Of a stretch of DNA of 64,000 nt, positions 28,187-37,441 are shown piece by piece; the first letter of the stretch is position 1, and each line of letters starts with the position of its first letter. A model generated the notes under the pieces. It was not told where the DNA came from and did no database searches. It worked only from the letters and a program-made list of their open reading frames with translations. The DNA comes from Methanothrix sp. GTDB taxonomy: Archaea; Halobacteriota; Methanosarcinia; Methanotrichales; Methanotrichaceae. The translations under genes were made by a program, and so were the position numbers. Where the stretch lies: the NCBI GenBank assembly GCA_040770465.1, contig JAXGJB010000001.1:64001-128000 (forward strand), given 5' to 3'.

Positions 28187-30223
28187 TCAGTCCCTCCGGG
28201 AGATCTTGCAGGCCGAGACCTTGAACTCCGGTATCCTTGCCTCGGGGTCGGTGACCTCCGATGTCAGGATGTTCGTCCCGGGGAAGTGGAAGGGCATGAA
28301 GACCACCCCTCTTTTCACCCCGTCGGTGAGACGGGCGCGGGCCTCGGTCTCTCCCCGGGGCGTGGTCACCATCACCTCATCGCCGTCGGCCACCCTGAGC
28401 CGCAGGGCGTCGGTGACGTTCATCTCCACGTACAGGTCCGGCTCCCGGCTGATTAGAGACGGGCTCCTTCTTGTCATGGACCCGGCGTTGTGGTGGACGG
28501 CGACGCGGCCCGTGGTCAGGATGAAGGGATAGTCCCAGCTCGACTCCTCTGCCGCCGGCCGATAGGCTACCGGCACTATGGCTGCCCGTCCATCGGCGAG
28601 CTTGAAGCCTGAAGAGTGGAGGATCGGCGTTCCTGGATGGTCGGCGGTGGGGCACGGCCAGACGAGGCTTGATTCGCCGAGCCGATCCCGGGTTATGCCG
28701 GCGTACTGGGGGACGGTCCGGTTTATCTCCGCCAGAACCGAGGCCGCATCGGGATAGTCGAGCTCGATCCCGAGGGTTCTGCCGACCATGCAGACTATCT
28801 CGAGGTCGGAGAGGGCCGATCCTGGGGGATCTACGGCCTTGAAGCTCCACTGGACCCTTCTCTCCGTATTGGTGAAGCTGCCCTCCTTCTCCGCCCAGAC
28901 AGCCCCGGGCAGAACGAGATCTGCGAGGTTCGCCGTGGCGGTCATGAATATGTCCTGGACCACCAGAAAATCGAGGTTCTCGAGAGCCTCGTGGACGTTC
29001 CGGCTGGAGGGGTCGGAGTTTGCCGGATCCTCTCCGACGATGTACATCGCCTTGATCTCCCCCGCCGCTGCAGCATCGATCATCTCCGTGGCCGTGAGGC
29101 CGGGTCCCAGAGGAAGCCCCTCGGCGTCCCAGGCGGAGGAGAAGTATCGAACCGTCTCGGGATCGTCCGCCTTTCTATATCCGGGATAAAATTCGGCCAG
29201 AGCCCCCATATCGCAGGCGCCCTGGACGTTGTTTTGGCCCCGAAGCGGCATCACCCCCGTCCCCGGCCGACCGATGTGGCCGGTGATGAGGGCGAGGTTG
29301 GAGATGGCCTGGACGTTCTCCGTACCTGTGGTGTGCTGGGTGATCCCCATGGAGTAGAGGATCGATGAGGCCGGTGATATGGCGTACGCCCTTGCTGCCC
29401 TAACAATATCGTCGGGGGATACGCCGGTGATCTCCGACACATTCTCTGGGGAGAAATCTTTGACCGATTCCCTCAAGGCCTCAAAGCCTCGTGTATTCTT
29501 GGCGATGTAATCTCCGTCAAAAAGACCCTCTTTGATTATGACGTGAGCCATCCCGTTCAGGAGGGCCACGTCCGTTCCTGGCTCAAGCTGCAAGAATATG
29601 TCCGCCATCCAGGAGGTGTGAGTCTCCCTCGGATCGGCGACGATCACCACCGCGCCGTCGTCATGAGCCCTGTGGATAAAGCGAGATATGACGGGATGGT
29701 TCTCCGCCAGGTTCGACCCTATGATGAATATGCACTGTGAGCTCGCTATATCGGGGATGGGGTTTGTCATCCCCGCCGCTCCCAGCGTCCGGTTCAGACC
29801 CACCACCGAAGGGGCGTGGCAAAGCCGGGCGCAGTTGTCGACGTTCGGCGAGCCGAGAAGGCGGGCCAGCTTCTGGATCAGGTAGTTCTCTTCGTTGGTG
29901 CATTTGGAGGAGGCGAGGATGGCGATCCTCCTCGGGCCGTGCTTTCTGATGGCTCCGCCCATCTCCCGGACCAAGAGGTCCATGGCCTCGTCCCAGGATA
30001 TTTCGACAAAACCCTCCCCCTTCCTCTTCAGAGGAGAGGTGAGCCTGTCCTGGTGGCGGAGGATCTCCAGGGCCGCGTTCCCCTTGGGGCATAACGCTCC
30101 CTCGCTGACGGGATGGTCCCGCATGTACTCTATCCCGGTGGGGTTTCCCTTCTCTACCGCGATGAACAGTCCGCAGCCTGCCCCGCAGTAAGGGCAGACC
30201 GTTGGAACAAGCACTCTTGTCAT
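28187..30223 (-). CDS. fdhA: Formate dehydrogenase alpha subunit (Cys-type), copy 1
   Basis: CPYCGAGC, DNCARLCHAPS, LRGQNNVQGACDMG, PEFK. Confidence 0.92.
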   Translation of the reverse strand: MTRVLVPTVCPYCGAGCGLFIAVEKGNPTGIEYMRDHPVSEGALCPKGNAALEILRHQDRLTSPLKRKGEGFVEISWDEAMDLLVREMGGAIRKHGPRRIAILASSKCTNEENYLIQKLARLLGSPNVDNCARLCHAPSVVGLNRTLGAAGMTNPIPDIASSQCIFIIGSNLAENHPVISRFIHRAHDDGAVVIVADPRETHTSWMADIFLQLEPGTDVALLNGMAHVIIKEGLFDGDYIAKNTRGFEALRESVKDFSPENVSEITGVSPDDIVRAARAYAISPASSILYSMGITQHTTGTENVQAISNLALITGHIGRPGTGVMPLRGQNNVQGACDMGALAEFYPGYRKADDPETVRYFSSAWDAEGLPLGPGLTATEMIDAAAAGEIKAMYIVGEDPANSDPSSRNVHEALENLDFLVVQDIFMTATANLADLVLPGAVWAEKEGSFTNTERRVQWSFKAVDPPGSALSDLEIVCMVGRTLGIELDYPDAASVLAEINRTVPQYAGITRDRLGESSLVWPCPTADHPGTPILHSSGFKLADGRAAIVPVAYRPAAEESSWDYPFILTTGRVAVHHNAGSMTRRSPSLISREPDLYVEMNVTDALRLRVADGDEVMVTTPRGETEARARLTDGVKRGVVFMPFHFPGTNILTSEVTDPEARIPEFKVSACKISRRD

Positions 30224-30284
30224 CTCAATCCCTGAACTTGGTTCCTAAAGACTTCAATATGTATAATTACAATAATATACACAC

Positions 30285-31097
30285 TCAGTACGCATACAGA
30301 TTGCTGTAGGGCCTCTTCGACCGGGGAGTCAGCTTGACGAATTGAGAGCCCGTTATCTCCTCTTTGTCCAGCCCCACCTCGGGGAAGCGCTCGACGAACT
30401 TTGAGACGTACTGGTCCAGGACCGCCCGGTCGGCCTCGTCTATGGGCGAGATCTCAACCTGGTCTCCCACCTGAGACTGGTCTACGCTCCCCCGGAGGTA
30501 GATCACGCCACCGTGCATGCCGGTCCCTATGAAGTTAGCCTGGTGGGTCTGGCCTTCCAGGTCCAGGATTATCACGATCCCCCCGGCCATGTACTCGCCA
30601 AGGAAGTCCTGGGACCTGCCACCCACCACCAGAACGGGCCTTTTGCCCTCGTACTCTTTCATATGGAGGGCGGTTCGATAGCCGCAGCCGTCCCGGATGT
30701 AGATCTCGCCTCCACGCATGGAGAAGCCGAGGACGTCTCCCGCCCTCCCCTTCACGGTCACCTCTCCGGCGTCCATGGTGTTTCCGACGCCGTCCTGGGC
30801 GTTGCCGTGGACGGCTATGGTATGGCCGTAGAGGAAGGCGGCGAGGTCGTTTCCGGGGGTTCCGAATATCTCGATCTCCATCTTGAGACGGTTTGGCGAG
30901 TAGAGGCGGGTGCCTATGTACCTCTGGCCGCAGATGTTGGTGATGCTGACCTTTCTCTTGCCGGATAGCATCAGGTCTCGCAGCCGGTCGTTCAGCTCTC
31001 TCGTCTCGAGGTTTGATGCATCTATATCGGCTGCCATCATCTCTTCAGTTGCCTGATCTGCATTTAGACTCCGTTCGGATACAACAGCTTTAGCCAT
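30285..31097 (-). CDS. Archaeal glutamate synthase GXGXG beta-helix subunit (GltB3)
   Basis: GQRYIG, GTPGNDL, GNAQDGVGNTM, DFLGEYMAGG, IGTGMHGG; ATG at 31097. Confidence 0.88.
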   Translation of the reverse strand: MAKAVVSERSLNADQATEEMMAADIDASNLETRELNDRLRDLMLSGKRKVSITNICGQRYIGTRLYSPNRLKMEIEIFGTPGNDLAAFLYGHTIAVHGNAQDGVGNTMDAGEVTVKGRAGDVLGFSMRGGEIYIRDGCGYRTALHMKEYEGKRPVLVVGGRSQDFLGEYMAGGIVIILDLEGQTHQANFIGTGMHGGVIYLRGSVDQSQVGDQVEISPIDEADRAVLDQYVSKFVERFPEVGLDKEEITGSQFVKLTPRSKRPYSNLYAY

Positions 31098-31102
31098 CTT
31101 TC

Positions 31103-32617
31103 TCACTCTCCGGCTCCTTTTATTCCCAAAACGTCCAGTTCCCAGTCGTAGAGCCCCACCCCGCGCAGGTGGTCTCTGTTTCCTCGGAGGCTCTCCAGGG
31201 CGTTGATCCCCATCCCTCCCAGCATCTCGCTGATCTCGTGAGACCAGGCGGAGATTAGATTGGACAGCCTCGTGGAGGCGATATCCACGTTCAGTCTGCC
31301 GGAGAGGCGCGGGTCCTGGGTGCATATTCCCCAGTTGCACTTTCCGGTGTAGCATTTCTGGCAGAGGGTGCAGCCCATGGCGATGAGGGCCGCAGACCCT
31401 ATGTAGACGGCATCTGCCCCCAGGGCGATGGCCTTGATGATGTCGGAGCTGCAGCGGATCCCGCCCGCGGCGATGATGGAGCATTGGTTGCGGATCCCCT
31501 CCTCCCGGAGCCTCCGGTCGAGGGAGGATATGGCGAGCTCCGTCGGTATCCCCACGTTGTCCCGGATCGCCTTGGGGGCGGCGCCCGTCCCGCCCCGGAG
31601 GCCGTCGATGGCGATGATGTCGGCGCCGGCCCGGACGATTCCCGAGGCGATGGCGGCGAAGTTGTGGACGGCGGCGATCTTGACTGAAACGGGCTTCTCG
31701 TAGTTTGTAGCCTCTTTGAGAGCGCCGATGAGGGTTGCGAGGTCCTCGATGGAGTAGATGTCGTGATGAGGTGCCGGAGATATGGCGTCGGTCCCCTGGG
31801 GGATCATCCTCGTCTTGGCCACTGTGTCGGATACCTTCTCGCCGGGGAGGTGGCCGCCTATCCCGGGCTTTGCCCCCTGCCCCACCTTGATCTCCACCGC
31901 CTGGGCCGTGTTCAGGTACTCGGCATCTATCCCGAACCGGCCGCTGGCGACCTGGACGATGGCGCACCTTCCGAACTCGTCTCTCATCTCGAGGGGTAGG
32001 CCGCCCTCGCCGGTGTTGAAGTAGGTCTTGGACCTGCATGCAGCCGTGGCTAGGGACCGGAAGGCGTTGTAGCTGATGGCTCCGTAGGACATCGCCGAGA
32101 AGAGGATGGGGGTCTCCACCACCAGGTTGGGGTAAAGCTCGGTCCTGATCTCCACGTCTCCGGAGTCGGCTGAGATATCCATCAAATCAGGCTTTCGTCC
32201 CAGGAATGTCCGAAGCTCCATCGGCTCCCGCAGGGGATCCAGCGATGGGTTTGTAACCTGGGAGGCGTTGAGGACGATGTGGTCCCAGTAGATCCGGAAG
32301 GGCTTGTCGCTTCCGCAACCTGTGAGGATGACGCCTCCCGTCTCTGCCTGTCTCTTGAGGTCCTCAAGCTTCTCGCGGGACCAGGATGCGTTTGCCCGAT
32401 AGTACGAGGGGGAGGGCCTGACCACTATGGCGTCCTTGGGACAGAAGATTACGCATCTCTGGCAGCCGACGCACTTGCTCTCGTCGGAGACGATCCTGTC
32501 GGCTGCCGGATCGTAGGTGTGGGTCCCGAAGGCGCACTGCCTCTCGCAGCCCCGGCACTGGCCGCAGCTCTCTTCGTCCCTTATGACCTGAAACTCGGGA
32601 AAGACGAACGATTTCAT
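31103..32617 (-). CDS. Archaeal glutamate synthase FMN subunit (GltB2) with N-terminal 2[4Fe-4S] domain
   Basis: CGQCRGC/CVGCQRC, AMSYGAIS, NTGEGG, GQGAKPGIGGHLPG, CxxCxxCxxxxC, GICTQ. Confidence 0.93.
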   Translation of the reverse strand: MKSFVFPEFQVIRDEESCGQCRGCERQCAFGTHTYDPAADRIVSDESKCVGCQRCVIFCPKDAIVVRPSPSYYRANASWSREKLEDLKRQAETGGVILTGCGSDKPFRIYWDHIVLNASQVTNPSLDPLREPMELRTFLGRKPDLMDISADSGDVEIRTELYPNLVVETPILFSAMSYGAISYNAFRSLATAACRSKTYFNTGEGGLPLEMRDEFGRCAIVQVASGRFGIDAEYLNTAQAVEIKVGQGAKPGIGGHLPGEKVSDTVAKTRMIPQGTDAISPAPHHDIYSIEDLATLIGALKEATNYEKPVSVKIAAVHNFAAIASGIVRAGADIIAIDGLRGGTGAAPKAIRDNVGIPTELAISSLDRRLREEGIRNQCSIIAAGGIRCSSDIIKAIALGADAVYIGSAALIAMGCTLCQKCYTGKCNWGICTQDPRLSGRLNVDIASTRLSNLISAWSHEISEMLGGMGINALESLRGNRDHLRGVGLYDWELDVLGIKGAGE

Positions 32618-33786
32618 AGCAAAACCTTTCTCGCACTCTTTAGCTCGCCGACGACCGGCTCTCCCCCGTTGGGGGTCCAGACCCGGTCGAGGTGGGGTGA
32701 AATGAGTCTGATGGACGCTTCCTCGCTGGAGATGTAGAACATCTCGCCGCTGGTGGCTGCGGTGAGGGGGCGCAGCCTGATCCTGTCGGTGAGGCCGATC
32801 ATCCGGCCGGTCTCGCCGATGATGATGGCGAAGGGTCCGTTCATCAGCAGGGGCCCGTAGACCATCCGCAGGGTGGTCAAGAGCTTCTTCTCCTTCTCAT
32901 TCATCCGGTCGATGGCGTTCCATATGGGGGGGGCCAGGATCTTGGCCACGATATCGATGGGAAGCTTCTGCCGCCTCATCAGGAGGTCGGCGGCGTAGGC
33001 GATCACCTCGGTATCGGTCTGGAGGGTGCAGGCGTAGCCGTACATCTCCAGGTACCAGCGGTTGGTGCCGTAAGACGAGATCTCGCCGTTGTGGACTATC
33101 GTCGTGTCCAGGAGGCTGAAGGGATGGGCACCGCCCCACCAGGCCTGAGTGTTGGTGGGGAATCTCCCGTGGACGGTCCAGGTGTGGGCCCGGTAGAGCT
33201 CGTCCAGCATGAAGTACTCGCCGATCTCCTCGGGGTAGCCCACGCCCTTGAAGCAGCCCATGTTCTTTCCGGAGCTGAAGACGTAGGCGTTCTCGATTCT
33301 GGTGTTGACCGCCATGATCTGGTCCACGATGAAGTCCTCTTCTGTGCGGCCGCCCCAATCCCCGCCATCTCCACCATTTCCACCATCTCTGGGGAGGACG
33401 AAGTAGCGCCAGAGGAGGGGCGGGTCGCTGACGGGGACGGAGTCGTCGTGAGGGATCTCCTCGTCGCAGACGACGTCGAACTTCGAAGAGAGGAAGGTCT
33501 CGAATTCCCGTTTGGCGGCCTCTTTGGCGACCACGTTCTTGCCGGTGAACATGAGGTGGAAGGCGTAGTAGTCTCGATACTCGGGGTATATGCCGTAAGC
33601 TGCAAACCCTCCACCCAGACCGTTGCCTCTGACCCGCATGTTGGCTATCGCCTTCATGACTCCCTCTCCGGTGAACCGGTCACCGTCCCGGTTCATGGCC
33701 CCGAAGATGGAGCAGGCACAGATCTCCTTGTTGTATAGCTCTCTTCTTTTTCTTCTAATCCCTGGCATAATGATCTCGAACCTCAT
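32614..33786 (-). CDS. Archaeal glutamate synthase class-II amidotransferase subunit (GltB1)
   Basis: ACSIFG, RGNGLGGG, HGRFPTNT..WWGGAHPF, HNGEISSY, DRIRLRP; start may be 33768. Confidence 0.9.
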   Translation of the reverse strand: MRFEIIMPGIRRKRRELYNKEICACSIFGAMNRDGDRFTGEGVMKAIANMRVRGNGLGGGFAAYGIYPEYRDYYAFHLMFTGKNVVAKEAAKREFETFLSSKFDVVCDEEIPHDDSVPVSDPPLLWRYFVLPRDGGNGGDGGDWGGRTEEDFIVDQIMAVNTRIENAYVFSSGKNMGCFKGVGYPEEIGEYFMLDELYRAHTWTVHGRFPTNTQAWWGGAHPFSLLDTTIVHNGEISSYGTNRWYLEMYGYACTLQTDTEVIAYAADLLMRRQKLPIDIVAKILAPPIWNAIDRMNEKEKKLLTTLRMVYGPLLMNGPFAIIIGETGRMIGLTDRIRLRPLTAATSGEMFYISSEEASIRLISPHLDRVWTPNGGEPVVGELKSARKVLL

Positions 33787-33900
33787 ACATCGGCCTGATA
33801 CTCATGAATCGATAACTTGCAGGCAAGAAGTGGTCGCAAGAGAAGGGAGGTCGAGAGCTATTTTATAGGTATTTGAGAAGTCTTGGGAAAGTTTGAGAAA

Positions 33901-33921
33901 CGTTCATAACAATTATGAACG
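33901..33921. promoter_or_regulatory. Perfect palindrome CGTTCATAA-CAA-TTATGAACG upstream of the gltB1 TATA box
   Basis: 9-bp inverted repeat about 40 bp upstream of TATAAAA (minus strand, 33861-33867); near copy upstream of glnA. Confidence 0.6.
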
Positions 33922-33967
33922 CCGAGGTCGGGTGCGGTCCGATTTTGAAACGATCTTGATATCATCC

Positions 33968-34121
33968 CCTGGCCCCGGGCGGCGCCGAAAAGGGCGACCC
34001 CCGCCGTCACCAGGAGCCCCGTAAAGATCATGGCGGAGTTGAAGATCGTCGCCGAGGGCCGGGCGACGACGCTATCGGGCGGCATCGAGGCGCCCAGGTC
34101 ACTGATGGCCTTCTCCGCCAT
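33968..34121 (-). pseudogene. Fragment of a DUF998-like membrane protein
   Basis: AISDLGA...ATIFNSAMIFTGLLV motif, truncated at both ends, next to the low-GC islet. Confidence 0.55.
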
Positions 34122-34308
34122 GTCTAGCGGATGACAGCTGGTTTATAATTGTGAGTGATTCTTACCACGAGCAATGGTATTTTATAAGTATTTCTTTAAT
34201 AAATATGTCTGGGGTAATCCAGTGTCTAAAGATGCTCCTTGTTGGAGATAAAGCCACATAACAATTTCAAAGAAGCTGCCCCAAGAAATTCGCCTTAAAT
34301 GTTGAATT

Positions 34309-34677
34309 TCAAGTCCAAAACTTCCACCAAGGCCGTGAAAGATCCTTTTTGATAGCCGGAATTAACTCCGTATCGATTAGTTTCCGTAATTCGACGAGAG
34401 GAATTGATCCAGATTCAAGTGTAGCTATAATTCTTGATGAGATCTCTTTAACTTCGTCATTACCAAATATCATTGCTATATTGTTTGCTTGTCTTAGTTC
34501 GGGTTTCCAGGTGGTCGGATTCATAGGCCTTCCTTTATCTAGGTGCCCGAGAAGATCCACATAAGCTTTTTCGTTTATATTAGACTCTTTTTGCCAACCT
34601 CCGATAAGCACTCCGACTACCAAGCCGCCTATTAGCGTGATAGCTGAGTTTGTAACAATATCAATAGCCGACATCAT
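34309..34677 (-). CDS. Hypothetical membrane-anchored protein (low GC)
   Basis: 122-aa ORF with N-terminal TM and C-terminal RPWWKFW; AT-rich relative to flanks. Confidence 0.65.
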   Translation of the reverse strand: MMSAIDIVTNSAITLIGGLVVGVLIGGWQKESNINEKAYVDLLGHLDKGRPMNPTTWKPELRQANNIAMIFGNDEVKEISSRIIATLESGSIPLVELRKLIDTELIPAIKKDLSRPWWKFWT

Positions 34678-34992
34678 CTATACCATCTCGTAGAACTTAG
34701 AAGGGTACTCCTCTGAAATACCTTTCGTTAAAGGTCTTTTAGCCTTTGGTTGTGAATATTCTAAGGCTTATCGCAGACCAATATTGTTAGGACTTCGGCC
34801 TCCTCTATCGTCGTCCTAATCACGACGCCCTAAAGTTCATCAAAGCCTCCAGCTTCCTCCAACCTTTCTTTCCGCCCTATGCCCCTTCGGAAGGTCCCCA
34901 ACGGTCTGTGCCGTCCGTGAGCCTTTCGCACGATCCCCCCTCCAGCTCTCCCCACCGACCGCCTTTTATCTCCCGGCCCCCGATTCCCGACC

Positions 34993-35559
34993 ATGATCGT
35001 CCCACCCTCCATCCAGACCGAGCGGCTCATCATCAGGCGCCACCTCCCCCAGGACTTCGAGCCGATGCGCTCCAACTTCTGCGACGAGGAGGCGACGAGG
35101 CTTCTGGACATGACGGCGGAGCAGAAGACCAAAGAGGCGGTCCGCGCCCTTCTGGATGCGGTGATCGACTCCTACGACTCGGGGGAGCCGATCTTCGCCC
35201 TGGCCATCGTGGAGAAGGAGGAGGGCAGGTTTGTCGGCTCCTGCGGGATGGCCCCCGACGATCTGGACCCGCGCGAGATCCAGATCTTCTACGTGATACT
35301 TCCCGAATACCAGGGCCGCGGCTTCGCCTCGGAGGCGGCGGCGGGGCTCGTCTCGTACGCTTTCACCAACCTGGGGGTGGAGAGGCTCTTCGCCTCCATG
35401 GCCGCCGAGAACGCCGCCTCGGTGAAGGTGGCCGAGAAGCTGGGGATGACCCTGGCCGGGAATGGAGAGAAGGAGGTGGGCGGGGTAATTTATCAGAGCC
35501 GACGCCGCATCCTCGCCAAAAGCCGGTTCTTGGAGCTCCGGAAAAGAGGGAAATGCTGA
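34993..35559 (+). CDS. GNAT N-acetyltransferase (RimJ/RimL-like)
   Basis: IQTERLIIR, YQGRGFASEAA, NAASVKVAEKLGM. Confidence 0.9.
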   Translation: MIVPPSIQTERLIIRRHLPQDFEPMRSNFCDEEATRLLDMTAEQKTKEAVRALLDAVIDSYDSGEPIFALAIVEKEEGRFVGSCGMAPDDLDPREIQIFYVILPEYQGRGFASEAAAGLVSYAFTNLGVERLFASMAAENAASVKVAEKLGMTLAGNGEKEVGGVIYQSRRRILAKSRFLELRKRGKC

Positions 35560-35577
35560 AAATTTTGCGGCGGATGA

Positions 35578-35680
35578 GGGGGAGGTTTGGATCGGTTTGG
35601 GGCGGATTCGGGCCGGGTTCGGGTCCTGTTTGGTTCGGGTTGGGTTTGGTTCGGTTTTAGGGGGGGGTCTGGTTAGGAGG
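35578..35680. repeat. G/T-rich degenerate pentamer tract (GGTTT/GGTTC/GGGTT)
   Basis: Low-complexity intergenic run between convergent GNAT and glnK genes. Confidence 0.6.
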
Positions 35681-35782
35681 CGGCAGGCGATTTCGCGCCT
35701 CCCGCCTCGCGCGCCGCCTTCACCTCCGTCTCCGGCAAAGCCGCCGCCCGGTGTCGTCTCCCAGAGTGAGGCGGAAGCCGAA

Positions 35783-36133
35783 CTATACCGCCCCCGACCC
35801 CCTCTCCTTCGTCCGAACCCTCACCACGTCCACCACGGGGTAGACGAAGATCTTTCCGTCCCCCGCCTCGCCGGTGTGGGCGGCATCGCAGACCAGGTCG
35901 ACGAGCCGGTCGGCATCTTCGTCCTCCACCACCACCTCCAGCTTAATTTTGGGGAGAAACTCCACCTTGTAGTCCCCGGCCCGCCACTGGAGGGCGACTC
36001 CCTTCTGCCGCCCCCGGCCCTTGATCTCCGTGGCCGACATCCCGGGAAAGCCGTTCCTGTCCAGGACCTCCCTCACCGCGCTCAGCCTCTCAGGCCTGAT
36101 TATCGCCTCGATCTTCTTCATCTCAGAAACCAT
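35783..36133 (-). CDS. glnK: PII nitrogen regulator (Amt-associated)
   Basis: MKKIEAIIRP, GRGRQKG...WRAGDY...LPK, GDGKIF, RVRT. Confidence 0.95.
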   Translation of the reverse strand: MVSEMKKIEAIIRPERLSAVREVLDRNGFPGMSATEIKGRGRQKGVALQWRAGDYKVEFLPKIKLEVVVEDEDADRLVDLVCDAAHTGEAGDGKIFVYPVVDVVRVRTKERGSGAV

Positions 36134-36169
36134 CCGTTATTTTTTTTGCGCTCGATTTTTTTCCTATCT

Positions 36170-37441
36170 TCAAACGTAAGCCCCCTCCCCGTGCTGGCTG
36201 ATGTCCAGGCCCACCGACTCCTCATGGTGTCCGACCCGGAGCCCCATGGCCGCATCGACCACCTTGGCGATCCCGAAGGTGGCGACGAAGGAGTAGATCC
36301 AGACGATGGCGGCGGCCGCGGCCTGAACTCCCAGCTGGGATGGGTTTCCCGAGAGGAGGCCGGTAGCGCCGATGGAGGCGAAGATCCCGGTGGCCACCAC
36401 CCCCCAGGTCGACCCGATCCCGTGGCAGGCCAGGACGTCCAGGGAGTCGTCCACCTTCTTGCTGCCCCTGATGAAGAGGATGGCATAGTACCCGACCAAG
36501 GCCGCGCCTATGCCTATGGGTATGGCCGCGAGGGGGGTCACAAACCCGGCTGCCGGGGTGATGGCCGCAAGCCCAGCCACGGCGCCGGTGACGATCCCGA
36601 GGGCGCTCGGCGCCCGGTCCCGCCAGGAAAGGAGCATCCAGGTGGTGGCAGCCGCGGCGGCCGAGGTGTTGGTGGCCACGAAGGCGTTGGCGGCGATCCC
36701 GTTGGCGGCCAAGGCGGAGCCGGCGTTGAACCCGAACCATCCAAACCAGAGGAGTGCGGCCCCGAGGACGGTGGTGGGTATGTTGTGAGGCTCCATGGGG
36801 TCCCTGCCGAAGCCCCTCCTCACCCCGATCACCATCGCTATCGCCAGAGCCGAGACCCCGGCGCTGATGTGGACGACGATCCCGCCGGCGAAGTCGAGAG
36901 CCCCCATCTGGGAGAGGAAGCCCCCACCCCAGACCCAGTGAGCTATGGGGTCGTAGACGAGGGTCGCCCAAGCGAGGGAGAATACGAGAAACGAGCTGAA
37001 CTTGATCCTCTCAACGTAGCTTCCGGTGATCAGTGAGACGGTGATGATGGCGAACATCGCCTGGAATATCATGAAGGTGAGAGAGGGTATGGTGAGTCCC
37101 TCCATCGCCTCCATCCCGACCCCCCGCAGGCCAAGGTGGTCGAGCCCCCCGATGACGCCGCCGACGTCGGTGCCGAAGGCGAGGGTGTACCCTATGAGGA
37201 TCCACTGGAGGCTTATAATCCCCATGATCGCGAAGCTGAATATTATCGTCGATATTGCATTCTTCTTTCTCACCATCCCCCCGTAGAAGAGACCCACTCC
37301 GGGGATCATGATCAATACAAGGGCGGCGCTGATCAGGACCCAGGCGTTGTCCGCAGGATTTATCGTGGACTCGGCTGCGGCAGTCCCGATGAGCCCCATA
37401 AGCATCGATAATAGCAAAATTCTTCTTAACTGGAGCTTCAT
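36170..37441 (-). CDS. amtB: Ammonium transporter
   Basis: FYGGMVRKKN, FQAMFA, DFAGGIVVH, LWFGWFGFN, twin His residues, GLDISQHGE. Confidence 0.96.
   Translation of the reverse strand: MKLQLRRILLLSMLMGLIGTAAAESTINPADNAWVLISAALVLIMIPGVGLFYGGMVRKKNAISTIIFSFAIMGIISLQWILIGYTLAFGTDVGGVIGGLDHLGLRGVGMEAMEGLTIPSLTFMIFQAMFAIITVSLITGSYVERIKFSSFLVFSLAWATLVYDPIAHWVWGGGFLSQMGALDFAGGIVVHISAGVSALAIAMVIGVRRGFGRDPMEPHNIPTTVLGAALLWFGWFGFNAGSALAANGIAANAFVATNTSAAAAATTWMLLSWRDRAPSALGIVTGAVAGLAAITPAAGFVTPLAAIPIGIGAALVGYYAILFIRGSKKVDDSLDVLACHGIGSTWGVVATGIFASIGATGLLSGNPSQLGVQAAAAAIVWIYSFVATFGIAKVVDAAMGLRVGHHEESVGLDISQHGEGAYV

Noticed and set aside
25238-30223. Selenocysteine or pyrrolysine recoding in FDH
   Set aside because: Both active sites encode Cys (CARLCH), and there are no in-frame stops.
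31098-32039. 584-aa N-terminally extended GltB3 in the ORF track
   Set aside because: The extension is an off-frame overlap with gltB2; recognisable sequence starts near ATG 31097.
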